Assembly (NCBI GenBank): GCA_030390025.1
Contig: CM059432.1
Location: 81,656,001 to 81,720,000, forward strand
Source of the DNA: Squalus acanthias
Taxonomy: Eukaryota
Direction of reading: 5' to 3'
DNA length: 64,000 nucleotides
Below are positions 26,417 to 40,004 of this stretch, piece by piece. The notes below the pieces were generated by a model. That model did not search any database and was not told the DNA's origin. It saw only the letters and a program-made list of their open reading frames with translations. A program made the translations under genes and the position numbers. Every line of letters starts with the position of its first letter. Within the stretch, counting starts at the first letter, position 1.

Positions 26417-29067
26417 CTGCCGTCATCACCCCGTTCCTCAAAAAAACAACCCTTGACCCCGCCGTCCTTGCAAACTACCGCCCCATCTCCAACCTCCCTT
26501 TCCTCTCAAGTCCTTGAACGTGTTGTCGCCTCCCAAATCTGTGCCCATCTTTCTCGCAATTCCATGTTTGAATCCCTCCAACCAGCTTTCCGCCCTTGCC
26601 ACAGTACCGAAACGGCTCTCATCAAAGTCACAAATGACATCCTTTTTGACTGACAAAGGTAAACTATCCCTCCTCATCCTTCTTTACTTGTCTGCAGCCT
26701 TTGACACGGTTGACCATTCCATCCTTCTCCAACGCCTCTCCACCATCGTCCAGCTGGACTCCAGCTGCACTCGTCTGGTTCCATTCTTATCTATCTAATC
26801 GTAGCCAGAGAATCACCTGCAACGGCTTCTCTTCCTGCTCCCGCATCGTTACCTCTGGTGTCCCCCAAGGATCTATCCTTGGCCCCTTCTATTTCTCATC
26901 TACATGTTGCCCCTTGGCGACATCATCTGAAAACACAGCATCAGTTTCCACATGTACACTGGCGACACCCAGCTCTACCTCACTACCTCTTCTCTCGACC
27001 CCGCCATGGTGTCTAAATTGTCAGACTGCTTGTCCGACATCCAGTTCTGGATGAGCAGAAATTTTCTCCAATTAAATATTGGGAAGACCGAAGCCATCAT
27101 TTTCGGTCCCCGCCACAACGCTGTTTCCTAGCCACTGACTCCATCACACTGTTCGCAACCTTGGTGTCATACTTGACCCTGAAATGAGCTTCTGAACACA
27201 TATCCGCGGTATAACTAAGACCGCCTATTTCCACCTCCGTAACTTCACCCGTCTCCGCCCTTGCCTCAGCTCATCCGCTGCTGAAACCCTCATCCATGCC
27301 TTTGTTACCTCTAGACTTGACTATTTCAACGCACTCCTGGCTGGCCTCCCACATTCTACCCTACGTAAACTTGAGGTGATCCAAAACTCGGCTGCCTGTG
27401 TCCTAACTCGCACCAAGTCCCGTTCACCCATCACCACTGTGCTTGTTGACTTACATTGGCACCCGGTTAAACAACGCCTCGATTTCAAAATTCTCACCCT
27501 TGTTTTCAAATCCTTTCTTGGCCTCGCCCCTCCCTATCGTTGTAATCTCCTTCAGCCCCACAACCCCCCGAGATATTTGCGCTCCTCTAATTCTGGCCTC
27601 TTGAGCATCCCTGATTATAATCGCTCATTTCTCTTATCTGGAAGGAGGAGAGCATGCCAGGGGATCTCAGAGATGCCGTAATTGTGACCATCTTCAAGGA
27701 AGGTGACAAGTCCGATTGCGGTAATTACAGAGGAGTTTCCCTGCTGTCTGCCACAGGGAAAGTCATCGCAAGAATCCTCCTCAATTGCCTTCTCCCAGTG
27801 GCTGAAGAGCTCCTCCCAGAGTCGCAATGCGGATTCCGCCCACTAAGGGGCACAATGGACATGATCTTCACCGCGCGCCAATTATAAGAGAAATGCAGGG
27901 AACAGCACCAACCGCGGTACATGGCCTTCTTTGACCTCACAAAGGCCTTTGACACTGTCAACCGTGAGGGATTATGGAGTGTCCTCCAGAAATTCGACTG
28001 CCCTCAAAGGTTTGTCACCAACCTCCGCCTGCTTCACGACGACATGCAAGCCGTGATCCTGACCAACGGTTCCACCACAGACCCAATTCATGTATGGACT
28101 GGGGTCAAGCAAGGCTGTGTCATCGCACCAACGCTCTTCTCGATCTTCCTTGCGGCAATGCTCCATCTCACCCTCAGTAAGCTCCCCACTGGAGTGGAGC
28201 TAATTTACAGAACAAACGGGAAACTGTTCAACCTCCGTTACCTCCAGTCCAGATCCAAGGTCGTCCCTTCCTCTGTTGTCAAATTACAGTATGCAGACAA
28301 CGCTTGCGTCTGTGCACACTCGGAGAACGAACTCCAAACCATCGTTAACACCTTCACCGAAGCATACGAGAGCATGGGCCTTACACTAATCATCCGTAAG
28401 ACAAAGGTCCTCTACCAACCTGCCCCCGCCACACAGTACTGCCCCCCAATTATCAAAATCCATGACAAGGCCTTGGACAATGTGGACCACTTTCCATACA
28501 ACATCCCCACCGACACCTGGGAATCCCTGGCCCAAGACCGCACAAAGTAGAGGAGAAGCATCCGGGAAGGCGCCGAATACCTCGAGTCTCTTCGCCGGGA
28601 GCAAGCAGAAGCCAAGCGCAAACAGCGGAAGGAGCGCACGTCAACCCCAGCACCCCACCCACCCGCCCCTTCAACCACCGTCTGCCCCACCTGTGACAGA
28701 GACTGTAGGTCCTGCATTGGACTCATCAGTCACCTGAGAACTCATTTTTAATGTGGAAGCAAGTCATCTTCGGTTCCAAGGGACTGCCTAAGAAGAAGAT
28801 AATCGCTGAACCATTGGCGGCCGTGCCTTCTGTTGCCTAGGCCCTAAGCTCTGGAATTCCCTGCCTAAACTTCTCCGCCTCTCTACCTCTCTTTCCTCCT
28901 TTAAGATGCGCCTTAAAGCCTACCTCTTTGACCAAGCTTTTGGTCACCTGCCCTAATTTCTCCTTATGTGGCTCGGTGTCAATTTTTTGTCTTATAATAT
29001 TCCTGTGAAGCGCCTTGGGACGTTTTACTATGTTAAAGGTGCTATACAAATACAAGTTGTTGTTGTA
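26417..29067 (+). mobile_element. L2 LINE 3' portion, interrupted by RTE
   Basis: FRPCHSTETALIKVTNDI, LSAAFDTVDH, SGVPQGSILGP and IQNSAACVLTRTK motifs. Tail ...GCTATACAAATACAAGTTGTTGTTGT. Confidence 0.92.
27626..28798 (+). mobile_element. RTE-clade LINE fragment, 5'-truncated with an internal deletion
   Basis: CGNYRGVSLL, LPESQCGFR, FDLTKAFDTVNR, GVKQGCVIAP and LQYADN motifs. (AAG)n tail. 9-bp TSD ATAATCGCT at 27617-25 and 28799-807. Confidence 0.92.
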
Positions 29068-29794
29068 ATATCACCAACAGTAATTTCTAGGTTAAGATTT
29101 TTAATGTATTTGTACAAGCTTAGAAATTCTGCAATCAGAGGGAGTAGCTGCTTCTATTGCCTGCCCCGTTATGTTGAATCAGCATTTTGGGGTGTTTCTA
29201 AAGGGGTTTCTGAAGACCTTCCTGTTCTACCCCAGGAGTTCTGTAAGAAACATGCTTGATAGGCCCAGGTGACCAAAGTTTTCTGCGAGCAGGCATAGGT
29301 CCCATTGTGGCCCTAACTTGGAGCCTGAAGTGGAAAAGGTAATTGATACCAGAAGGATCGATTGTCATTGATACTGGAGGCTATTGAGAATTCCAGTAAC
29401 AAATTACAGATGATCTTGACCCTTTGTCTTTCCCCTGATCTGAAGCTCTGGTTCCCCCTCTCAGAACAGCACAATGCCGCTGTGAGTTTTGCTGCCTCAA
29501 TAAGGCACGCACTCCTGTTGCGCCATTACACCCAACCCCTTTATCTAAATGTCCCCAGAATTTGGGACAGAGTCACGGTGAGGTGAAAGTGGCAGGCGGA
29601 AGTTCGCCATTAGAAATGTTACCACATCAGGTTGCTATACTGCCTATGATGGTTACACTGTCTCTACTTAAAATGACAATATGAAATATATCATTGGACA
29701 CAACATTTTCTCCAAGGTGGTTAACTTCCATGGGGATTTTGTTGCTTGCCCACTCTTACTTCAGTGGAAAAGTCACAAAAGCCTGGGGGGAAAA

Positions 29795-32650
29795 AGGAGC
29801 AAGCAGATACCCCAGCAGTAGCTATGACGCTGCCATTTTTTTTTCATTGTTTTACGGTATATGGGCGTTGCTGGCAAGGCCAGCATTTATTGCCCATCCC
29901 TAATTGCCCTTGAGAAGGTGGTGGTGAGCTGCCTTCTTCAAGCGCTGCAGTCCGTGTGGTGAAGGTACTCCCACAGTGCTGTTAGGGAGGAAGTTCCAGG
30001 ATTTTAACCCAGCGACGATGAAAGAACAGCAATATATTTCCAAGTCAGGATGGTGTGTGACTTGGAGGGGAACTTGGAGGTGGTGGTGTTCCCATGCGTC
30101 TGTTGCTCTTGTCCTTCTAGGCGGTAGAGGTCGCGGGTTTGGGAGGTGCTATTGAAGAAGCCTTGCGGAGTTGCTGCAGTGCACCTTGTAGATGGTACAC
30201 ACTACAGCCACGGTGCGCCGGTGGTGGAGGGAGTGAATGTTTAAGGTGGTAGATGGGGTGCCAATCAAGCAGGCTGCTTTGTCCTGGATGGTGTCGAGCT
30301 TCTTGAGTGTTGTTGGAGCTGCACTCATCCAGGCAAGTGGAGAGTATTCCATCACACTCCTGACTTGCGCCTTGTAGATGGTGGAGAGGCTTTGGGGAGA
30401 CAGGAGGTGAGTCACTCGCCACAGAATACCCAGCCTCTGACCTGCTTTTTGTAGCCACAATATTTATGTGGCTGGTTCAGTTAAGTTTCTGGTTAATGGT
30501 GATCCCCAGGATAATGATGCTGGGGGATTCGACGATGGTAATGCCATTGAATGTCAAGGGGCGGTGGTTAGACTTTCTCTTGTTGGAGATGGTTATTGCC
30601 TGGCATTTGTGTGGCGCAAATGTTATCTGCCACTTATTAGCCCAAGCCTGGATGTCATTCAGGTCTTGCTGCATGCAGTCACGGACTGCTTCATTATCTG
30701 AGGAGTTGCGAATGGAACTGAACACTGTGCAATCATCAGTGTACATCCCTACTTCTGACTTTATGATGGATGGAAGGTCATAGATGAAGCAGCTGAAGAT
30801 GGTTGGGTCTAGGACACTGCCCTGAGGAACTCCTGCAGCAATGTCCTGGGGCTGAGATGATTGGCCTCAAACAACTACAACCATCTTCCTTTGTGCAAGG
30901 TATGACTCCAGCCAATGGATAGTTTTCCCCCTGATTCCCATTGACTTCAGTTTTACTAGGGCTCCTTGATGCCACACTCATTCAAATGCTGCCTTGATGT
31001 CAATGGCAGTCACTCTCACCTCACCTCTGGAATTCAGCTCCTTTGTCAATGTTTGGATCAAGGCTATAATGAGGTCTGGTGCCAAGTGCTCCTGGTGGAA
31101 CCCAAACTGAGCATCAGTGAGCAGGTTATTGGTGAGTAAGTGCTGCTTGATAGTACTGTCGATGACACCTTCCATCACTTTGCTGATAATTGAGATTAGA
31201 CTGATGGAGTGATAATTGGCCGAATTGAGTTTGTCCTGCTTTTTGTGGACAGGTCATACCTGGACAATTTTTCACTTTGTCGGGTAGATGCCAGTGTAGT
31301 AGCTGTACTGGACCAGCTTGGCTAGAGGCGCGGCTAGTTCTGCAGCACAAGTTTTCAGCACTACAGCCGGGATGTTGTCAGGGCCCATAGCCTTTGCTGT
31401 ATCCAGTGCGCTTAGCCGTTTCTTGATATCATGTGGAGTGAATCGAATTGGCTGAAGACGGGTTCTGTGTTGGTAGGAACCTCAGGAGGAGACGAAGATG
31501 AATCATCCACTCAGCACTTCTGGCTGAAAATGGTTGTAAACGCTTCAGCCTTGTCTTTTGCTCTCATGAGCTGGGCTCCACCATCATTGAGGATGGGGAT
31601 ATTCATGGACCCTCCTCCTCGCATTTGTTGTTTAATGGTCCACCACCATTCATGACTGGATGTGGCAGGACTGCAGAGCTTTAATCTGATCCGTTGGTTG
31701 TGGGATCGCTTAGCCCTGTCTATAGTATGCTACTTCTGCTGTTCAGCATGTATGTAGTCCTGTGTTGTAGCTTCACCACGTTGGCACCACATTTTAGGTA
31801 TGCCTGGTGCTGCTCTTGGCATGCTCTTCTACATTCCTCATTGAATCAGGTTTGGTCCCTCGCTTGATGGTGATGGTAAAGTGAAGAATATGCCGAGCCA
31901 TAAGGTTACAGATTGTGGTGGAATACAATTCTGCTGCTGCTGATGGCCCACAGCGCCTCTTGGATACCTAGTTTTGAGCTGCTAGATTTGTTCTGAATCT
32001 ATCCCATTTAGCACGGTGGTAGTGCCACACTAAACGATGGAGGGTATCCTCAGTGTGAAGACGGGACTTCGTCTCCACAAGGACTGTGCGGTGGTCACTG
32101 CTACCAATGCTCTCACGGATAGATGCATCTGCGACAGTTAGATTGGTGAGGACGAGGACAAGTATGTTTTTCCCTCGTGTTTGTTCTCTCACCATCTGCC
32201 ATAGGCCCAGTCTTGCAGCAATTCTCTGTGGTGCCACAACCATTTGAAGGAGCTGGCTGATTGGATGGATGGCTGCTGAGAGACCAGGGATAACCCTTGC
32301 TGCTCTGGCTGTTAACACCAATCAGGAACTCCCACACTGAGACCAAAAGAAAATTCAGGAATTCTGGTGGAATATATCAATGAGATGTTGAAGCAGCAGT
32401 TCTGACATACAGACAGATCAGGGGGATCCCACTCTACAGCTCAGAGAAATATCAAAAATCATCTGCATCTGCACAACTTTGCCATTAGGAGAGGGGAACC
32501 CATGCAGCCAGAAGGTGAGACTGCAGCCTTGCTTGGACAAGAGGAAGAAGAAGAGGCAGTGGAGAAGGAAAAGTTGGAAGGAGAAAGCGACCCAGCTGAT
32601 GTACGGCCAGGTAGACTAGTGAATCAAGGACTGATTGACCAGACTTTAGT
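29795..32650 (+). pseudogene. Decayed Harbinger (HARBI1-type DDE) transposase C-terminal half, split by a LINE
   Basis: ASRYPSSSYDAAI before 29836. After 32213: LDGWLLRDQG*PLLLWLLTPIRN, ILVEYINEMLKQQF*HTDRSGG, LHNFAIRRG and an acidic tail. These match the family motifs PGSxHD, GWLLGDxGYP, LKxRFRCLDRSGG and LHN. Confidence 0.8.
29836..32213 (-). mobile_element. CR1/L2-group LINE distinct from amniote-type CR1 (family L)
   Basis: GSSDHRTVLV, AQFGFHQ, DIKAAF, YTDDCTVF, YKAQVRSVMEYSPLAW and SLHHRRTV motifs. 3' tail followed by T-rich sequence on the + strand. Confidence 0.88.
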
Positions 32651-33367
32651 TAAAAGCCCCGACAGGAACAGTTCTATGGGCCGCTCACCCAATACCAATA
32701 AGCTGGGTTAAATCGCCCCAACCTTTATTACTATTGCTACATTTCCCCCCAACACCAACATGTTTTTTCTGCCCAACAAATTGTTGCCAGACATTCCGAA
32801 GAAGGTGCAATCAGTTTCATTCTCTCCTCCATATTTGTGCCCCAGCATCAATGTTTGCTTGCCCTTATTGAGAACCTTAAGGTGTTTACTGCTTCTCAAT
32901 CTCCTGTTTCTTCTAAATGCCACCTCAGTGGAAGGAGCAAGTGCTCCTAAATGGGGACCACTTGACTTGTCAGTGGTGAATGCCCTGTTGTTCCATGGGA
33001 TGACCCTGCCACTACTGCCAGAACATCAGCTGTGGGATACTGAGGTTGACTTTATTGGCCTCCTCATCAATGCCGTTGATAATATCCATTGGCCTTTATT
33101 TTTAGCCCGGTTATGGGCCACCTTTAAGCATGCTATCCTTTTACGGTTATTGATGCGATTTGTGCATTCCTTACCATTCCTGGTAATTGTTGAAATGCTT
33201 AATGCTTTTTAATTTATCTTCATTCTGACATTTTTATGCCCACTGGTTGTAGTCAGTTTGTTGGCAGGGGTCTGTTTCTTTTAATTAATTGTTTCAACAA
33301 GTTTTCTAAGCTGTTATCCCTGAACCATAATATTTTTGTACAAGTTTAATTTTGCATACCGTTTCTT

Positions 33368-34711
33368 GGGCAGGAGCTTCCGATCGGTTGCGGTGTTTTT
33401 TCAGTGCAAGTCACCCAATATAGGTGTAACCAACGCAAAAGATCGCGGAATTTTAAGCGCAAATTACATTCAGCGCAACTCAAGTTTCCACAATCTTTTG
33501 TGCTAGTTTAAAAATTATCGCACTATAAGCTGGCCCCACGCACAAAACCGGCTCCCAGATCGAATTATTCACCATTGCGAGTGTTCGCTAATTGTGCCCG
33601 TTTGCAGGCCTTCAAGGAGGCTCTAAAAATTAAACTTTTTTTTAGGTGCAAGGCATGTTTTTAAAGCTTTTAAATATTTTTTTACTAAGAAACTGACGAC
33701 TGTACGCCAATGTAACTAGTAAATGGTTCTGTCTAGTTTTTTAAAATGCTTAGGGGGAGAAATTCCCCTAGAGGGCCATTTGGGGCGCTAAGTCAAAAAT
33801 GTTTGAAAAGTTTGCGCCAGGCACTAACCCTTTCAAACATTTGAGAAATATCCATTTTTTGCTCCGAGAGCGAAGTGGAGGCTAAATCAAGCGCTCCACT
33901 TGCCTCTTGGAGCGCAAGAGGCCGGGAATGTCCTGATCCAGGGCTATGTGCTCAGCAGTGCCACGTGTGGCCATACGTGGCGCTGCCGCGTTGCAGGGGC
34001 CCTTCCCTCAATTAAACGGAAGGGCTCCCTGCTGCGAGCTCTGCATTGTTTTTGGCATCTGTTGGAGCACCGCCGATTTTTTTCATGTTGGCCGGCCACC
34101 GCGCCTTTAAATGGCGCTCCGCGAGCGGCCGGCCTCACTGTTCGCGATCCCTGCAGCAGTCGGTAACATCACCCGGCGCTGCTGTGGGGCGTGAGGGGGA
34201 ATTTTTCTCCCGAGGCGCTACCGGGGCGCTGTGCCCGGAGATGACATCATGATCTTTGGGCGCAGAAGATCGGGGTGATACCTGGTAGCGCCACCACTAA
34301 CCTCTCACGGAAATTCGCGGGAGGCACGGTTAGCGCCTCGGGGGGGGGGGGGGCGGGTGGAGGGAGAAGCCATTTGTGCACCATTAACACCTCCCACCGA
34401 AGGCGCTAACGATGGGAATTTCGCCCCCCTATTTTTTGTGGTTAAACCCCTTTTCAACTGTATTAGTAAAGCTAAGTTACCACTCTTAAATATATCAAGG
34501 AATATTTTTTAATACAAAATTTGTTTTTAAAACATTACGCTCTAAAATGCTGCCCGATTGCACTGGTTCATGGCAGATTTTGCGTTCGGCGATATGCAAA
34601 TGAGTTTGAGCGGAAACTTGAGAAAAGAAAACACTTCTAAAAACTAGCGCAATTTTGAGCACAATTTGCGGCCAGATCGCTGATCGCGCCCAAAGCAGAA
34701 ACTCTTGGCCC
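33368..34711. mobile_element. Older Harbinger-like TIR element
   Basis: Imperfect ends GGGCAGGAGCTTCCG / CAGAAACTCTTGGCCC, right flank TTA, GCGC-rich subtermini. Confidence 0.55.
33753..34428. mobile_element. GC-rich Harbinger-type MITE nested in 33368-34711
   Basis: GGGGGAGAAATTCCC...GGGAATTTCGCCCCC with flanks TTA/CTA. Homologous, in inverted orientation, to 41100 and 51600. Confidence 0.8.
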
Positions 34712-35959
34712 TTATGTTTGCCATTAGAACACAATAAGCTATGCACATTAATGAAGGTCAAGCAGGTAAGCTTTTTAAAATTCATTCCTGGGATGTGAAC
34801 GTCGCTGGCAAGGCCAGCATTTATTGCCCATCCCTAATTGCCCTTGAGAAGGTGATGGTGAGACGCCTTCTTGAACCGCTACAGTATTATTGTTTTTCGT
34901 AGCGGTTTGGTGCAACTGAGTGGCTTGCTCAGCCATTAAGAGGGCAGTTAAGAGTCAACCACATTGCTGTGGGTCTGGAGTCACATATAGAATCATAGTA
35001 TCATAGAATGGTTACAGCACGGAAGAAGGCCATTCGGCCCATCGAGCCCGTGCCGGCTCTCTGCAAGAGCACTTCAGCTAGTCCCACTCTCTGGCCCTTT
35101 CCCCGTAGCCCTGCAAATTTCTTTCCTTCAGATACTTATCCAACTCCCTTTTGGAAGCCGTGATTGAATCTGCCTCCACCACCCTATCAGGCAGTGCATT
35201 CCAGATCTTAACCACTCGCTGAGTAAAAAAGTATTTTCTTATGTCGCCTTTGGTTCTTTTGCCAATCACCTTAAGTCTGTGTCCTCTGGTTCTCAGCCCT
35301 TCTGCCAATGGGAACAGTTTCCCTCTATCTACTCTGTCTAGACCCCCTCATGATTTTGAACACCTCTATCAAATCTCCTCTCAATCGTCTCTGGTCCATG
35401 GAGAACAAGCCCAGCTTCTCCAGTTTATCATCGTAACTAAAGTCCCTCATTCCTGGAATCATTCTCGTAAATCTTTTCTGCACCCACTCTAAGGCCTTCA
35501 CATCCTTCCTACAAGTGTGGTGCCCAGAATTGGACACAGTACTCCAGTTGGGGCCGAACCAGTTTTATACAGGTTCATTATATTTTCCACACTTTTGTAC
35601 TCTATACCTCTATTTATGAAGCCCAGGATACCGTAAGCCTTTTTAACTGCTTTCTCAACCTGCCCTGCCACCTTCAACGATTTGGGCACACATACCCCCA
35701 GGTCTCTCTGTTCGTGCACCCACTTCAGGATTGTACCATTTAGTTTATATGTCCTCTCCTCATTCTTTCTACCAAAATGGATCACTTCACACTTTTCTGC
35801 GTTAAATTTCATCTGCCACGTGTCCGCCCATTTCACCAGCCTGTCTATATCTTCCTGAAGTCTATCACTCTCCTCCTCACTGTTCACTATACTTCCAAGT
35901 TTTGTGTCATCTACAAATTTTGAAATTGTGCCCTGCACACCCACGTCCAAGTCATTTAT

Positions 35960-36714
35960 GGGCCAGAAATTCGGGTCGGAGGCTTCCCGCGGGTGCAAGC
36001 CCCCAACCTGCACTTACCTAGCATGCCTGCCATTGTGCTGTAGGCCTGCATGGGATTCCGATCCTGGGCCTCCTCCAGCTGCCGGTGTGCAGTGCTTGCG
36101 TATCCCAGAGGCGCAGTTAGTTCGAAGTGTCCCCTGGGATCACGTGGGCCATGGAGAGCAGGGACTCTCCATTCATAGATTTGACAGGAAGACCTGTCAA
36201 ATCTATGAATAGAGATCAGCCCCAAAACCTAACTAAAACTTTAAATACATTTTTTTAAAAACATCACATTTTAAAAATAACTATAAATTACATAAATTAA
36301 TTATTTTAAACAAAAATTTTAATTTTTGAAAAAATTACTTACAGTTTTTAACAGGGCTAAAAATAAACTTACCTTTCTTTAAAGTATTTAAAAAAGATAA
36401 ACCTGTGGAAAAAATGTTTACATTTTACTTAATTCACCACTTACCTTGTTAAAAGCAGGCCTTGCGCCTGCTTTTTCAACGCGCAGCTGCTGGGGACTTA
36501 CCCTCACTGAGAAACCTGAAAAAAACCCGGAAGTTCCAGGCGTACGCACTGCCTCTCCGGCGCACGCGTTTGACCTCCGAACCCCTTCCTTCAAGGGAAC
36601 GGAAGTTCCGGTTTCCAGCGCATGCGCAGTGCATGCGCAAAACCGGCACTTTCATTGGGTCTACGGGTGAGTACACAGCGCGTACTCACCCGTGGAGACC
36701 CGAATTTCTGGCCC
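35960..36714. mobile_element. Harbinger-type MITE in the CR1 RT region
   Basis: Perfect 18-bp TIR GGGCCAGAAATTCGGGTC with flanks TAT/AAT, AT-rich core and internal hairpin ACGGGTGAGTAC/GTACTCACCCGT. Confidence 0.88.
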
Positions 36715-37759
36715 AATATCTATCAAGAAAAGCAGTGGTTCGAAAACGACCGTTCACCACTACTCTCTGTTTCCTATCACTTAGTCAATTCCGTATCCAT
36801 GCTGCCACTGTCCCTTTTTAATCCATGGGCTTCAACTTTGTTGGCAAGCCTATTATGTGGCACTTTGTCGAACGCCTTTTGGAAATCCATGTACACTACG
36901 TCAACTGCATTACCCTCATCAACCCTGTCTGTTATCTCATCAAAGAACACAATCAAGTTAATCCACACTTGTCCAAGTGATTGTTAATTTTGTCCCTGAT
37001 TAATGTTTCTAAAAGCTTCCCCACTACCGAGGTCAAACTGACTGGCCTGTAGTTGCTGGGTTTATCTTTACACCCTTTTTTGAACAATGGTGTAACATTT
37101 GCAATTCTCCAGTCCTCTGGCACCACCCCCGTATCTAAGGAGGATTGGAATATTATGGCCAGTACCTCAGCGATTTCCTCCCTCAATTCCCTCAGCATCC
37201 TAGGATGCATTCCATCTGCTCTTGGCGATTTATTTACTTTAAGTACAGCCAGCCTTTCTAATACCTCTTCTTTATCAATTTTTTTCCTATCAAGTATCTC
37301 CACTACCTCCTCCTTTACTATGTCTATGGCAGCATCTTCTTCCTTGGTGAAGACAGATGCAAAGTACTCATTTAGTACCTCAGCCATGCCCTCTGCCTCC
37401 ATGCATAGGTCTCCTTTTTGGTCCTTAATCGACCCCACCCCTCCTCTTACTACCCTTTTACTATTTATATGCCTATAGAAGACTTTTGGATTATCTTTTA
37501 TGTTGGCTGCCATTCTATTCTCATTCCCTCTCTTTGCCCCTCTTACTTTCTTTTTCACTTCTCCTCTGACCTTTCTAAATATAGCCTGATTCTCAGATGT
37601 ATTTGCAACCTGACATCTGTCACACGTGCTCTTTTTCTGCTTCATCATATTCTCTATCTCTTTCGTCATCCAGGGAGCCCTGACTTTAGTTGCCCTGCCT
37701 TTCCCCCCGAGTAGGAATGTACCTCAACTGTACCTGAACTATTTCCTCTTTAAAGGCAG

Positions 37760-38245
37760 CCCTGTCTTCTCCCCTAACTATCGAATCTACAACCACTTTT
37801 GCTTTCCCACTCTTCTTCCTCCCCCACTGTACAGCTGAGCTATCCGTGGTGCCACAGACTTGGCTCTGGCTATACTCCCCAGAGGAACCATCACCCTCAC
37901 TAGTACTCAGAACCGAATACTGGTTGGAGAGCAAGATGCACTCAGGGGACTCCTGCACTACCTGCCTGGTCCTCCTCTTCTGTCTGATGGTCACCCATTC
38001 CCTCTCTGCCTGCACACTCTTTATCTGCGGGGTGACCACCTCCTGAAAAGTGCTATCCACGAAGCGCTCAGCCTCGCGGATGCACATCAGTGATGCCAGC
38101 TGCTGCTTAAGCTTCAAAACCCAGAGCATGGGCTCCTCCAGTTGATGACACTTCCTGCACACGTGGTTGTCCAAGAAACGGGAAGCATCCTGGAGTTCCC
38201 ACATGGCACAGGATGTGCATTCCATGGGACTGAGCTGCCCGACCA
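37760..38245 (-). pseudogene. CR1 ORF1 N-terminal part (zinc finger, coiled coil, start of SGNH esterase)
   Basis: CTSCAMWE...CRKC, L-x6-L repeats, NQYSVL and VVVDSIVRG (GDS block). It is then fused by deletion to ORF2-derived sequence. Confidence 0.8.
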
Positions 38246-38359
38246 TGCCTTTACTTAATGGACTATTAACTATAAACACTTACCAGCTACTCACCAATCA
38301 GCTCCTTCCCTGGTTGTGACGCCACTTTAGCTGTGTTGCAATTGTGTTCGCTGGAGGTA

Positions 38360-38635
38360 CTCCACCTCCTCGCTGACACCACTGCTCCGATCTACACTCT
38401 CTCTGGGCCTCCCGCTCGATTTATACTCCGCCTCCTTGCTGACACCACTGCTCCAGTCTACACTTTCTCTGGGCCTCCCGCTCGATTTATACTCCACCTC
38501 CTCGCTGACACCACTGCTCCGATCTACACTCTTTCTGGGCCTCCCGCTCGATTTATACTCCGCCTCCTTGCTGACACCACTGCTCCAGTCTACACTTTCT
38601 CTGAGCCTCCCGCTCGATTTATACTCCGCCTCCTT
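38360..38635. repeat. 66-bp tandem repeat (just over 4 copies, A-B-A-B) in the CR1 5'UTR
   Basis: Unit CTCC(A/G)CCTCCT(C/T)GCTGACACCACTGCTCC...CCCGCTCGATTTATA. ORF 38327-38638 shows 22-aa periodicity. Confidence 0.92.
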
Positions 38636-40004
38636 CAAACGATTATTTTTACTTTTAATCAGTTAACTTAGTTTAATTTGTTAATTAATATAGGCCAGAG
38701 CAGGTAAGGTCGGCAACTTCTCTAAAGGACATTAGTGAACCAGATGGGTTTTTACGACAATCCGATAGTAGCTTTATTTCAAATTCCAGATTTGTTTTTT
38801 ATTTAATTAACTGAATTTAAATTCCCCAGTTGGTGGGATTTGAACTCATATCCCCTGGATCATTAGTCCAGGCCTCTGGATTACTCGTTCAGTAACATAA
38901 CCACTATGCTACCGTACCCACTATGCTACTGTATCAGTTGTAATACTGTTTAATTAGTGTAATTACATGTTACCTTTCATCAGGTCACTTATTCTACATT
39001 CAGTTAAAAACTACCATTGAAAGAATGCAAAGAATACCAGACTGATGGCTGGGCAGCAATTATACATGCTCAGCACAACATTAGTAACAAAAGAGCTTTT
39101 ACACCTACGCAAAGCATGATTCAGCCTTTAATCTTTTTGTAAAATGTATTCTTCTGTAAAGTTGAAAGCAAAAAAAACCAAGTATTATTTGCCTTTTGAA
39201 ATTCTTTTCTTCAATTGAAATATACTAATCTTCTATCATTTTCAATACAATTACAACTCTGTATAATACTATTCTATTTCACCAGAAAATTACAATGTAA
39301 ATCTGCCAATCATTCTCAGAAAGCATGAAAAACCAGTAATACTATGTTACAGGTTTAGTGGTTTTTATGCCCGCATAGTTTATTGTTATGGCTGCTTCTA
39401 AGGTCACAATCAGAGCGAACTCAGGAAGTTCTAGACATAACTGGTTTAGGGTCAGAGACATTCACCAGGGAATGAGTGTGTAAAACATAAGGGTGAAGAC
39501 ATACTTCACCATCGTCATTTCTTTAAACATTAGAAAATGGAATTTAACATTCCAACCTTATGTTAATTTTGCGACCACTTAAGTGTGGCATTTCATGTAA
39601 TAGACCTAGAAAATACTTGCTGAAACAAAACTTATGGGTTGCAGTTCCATTGCCCCAGTTAGAGGATATATCTGAATTGGTTTATATTAATTCCCAATGA
39701 ATCTGGATTTCCGACATGTTCCCAAATAATTGTGCAAGTGTTGTAGATCAGCAAGAGCATGAGACAGAAACAAAGCAAAAGCAGTTTTCTGTTTTCTCTT
39801 TCTTTTAAAGTGAACCGTGTGTAGATTCTGATCAACCTTGGCCACAATCTACAGTCGTAAGCACATTATGTGAGGTCATAATAGAGCCATAACTATTCTT
39901 ATCTCACGCAAACAAAAAATAATTTTGTCAAGATAAAGCTAATTGATTCCTGTGAACACTTTTTGTACGTTATATAATTATATAGAAATAGACAAATGTG
40001 ACTG

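Larger units (their letters stand above)
34991..38687 (-). mobile_element. CR1 LINE retaining the 5'UTR and ORF1 N-terminus, with an internal deletion
   Basis: AGAATCAT-type tail, ORF2 RT pieces at 35078-37669, ORF1 at about 37760-38245, 5'UTR tandem repeat, and ATATAG flanking duplication (34985-90 and 38688-93). Confidence 0.92.
34780..38920 (-). mobile_element. tRNA-derived SINE (same family as 23435) split by a CR1 insertion
   Basis: Tail half at 34780-34990 and head half at 38688-38920 (reverse-complement B box GGATTTGAAC, A box CCACTATGCTA). The halves join as TCACATATAGGCCAGA. Confidence 0.85.

Noticed and set aside
32760..33212. 150-aa hydrophobic ORF
   Set aside because: No recognisable domain or splice structure. 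It adjoins a transposase fossil and is probably a chance ORF.
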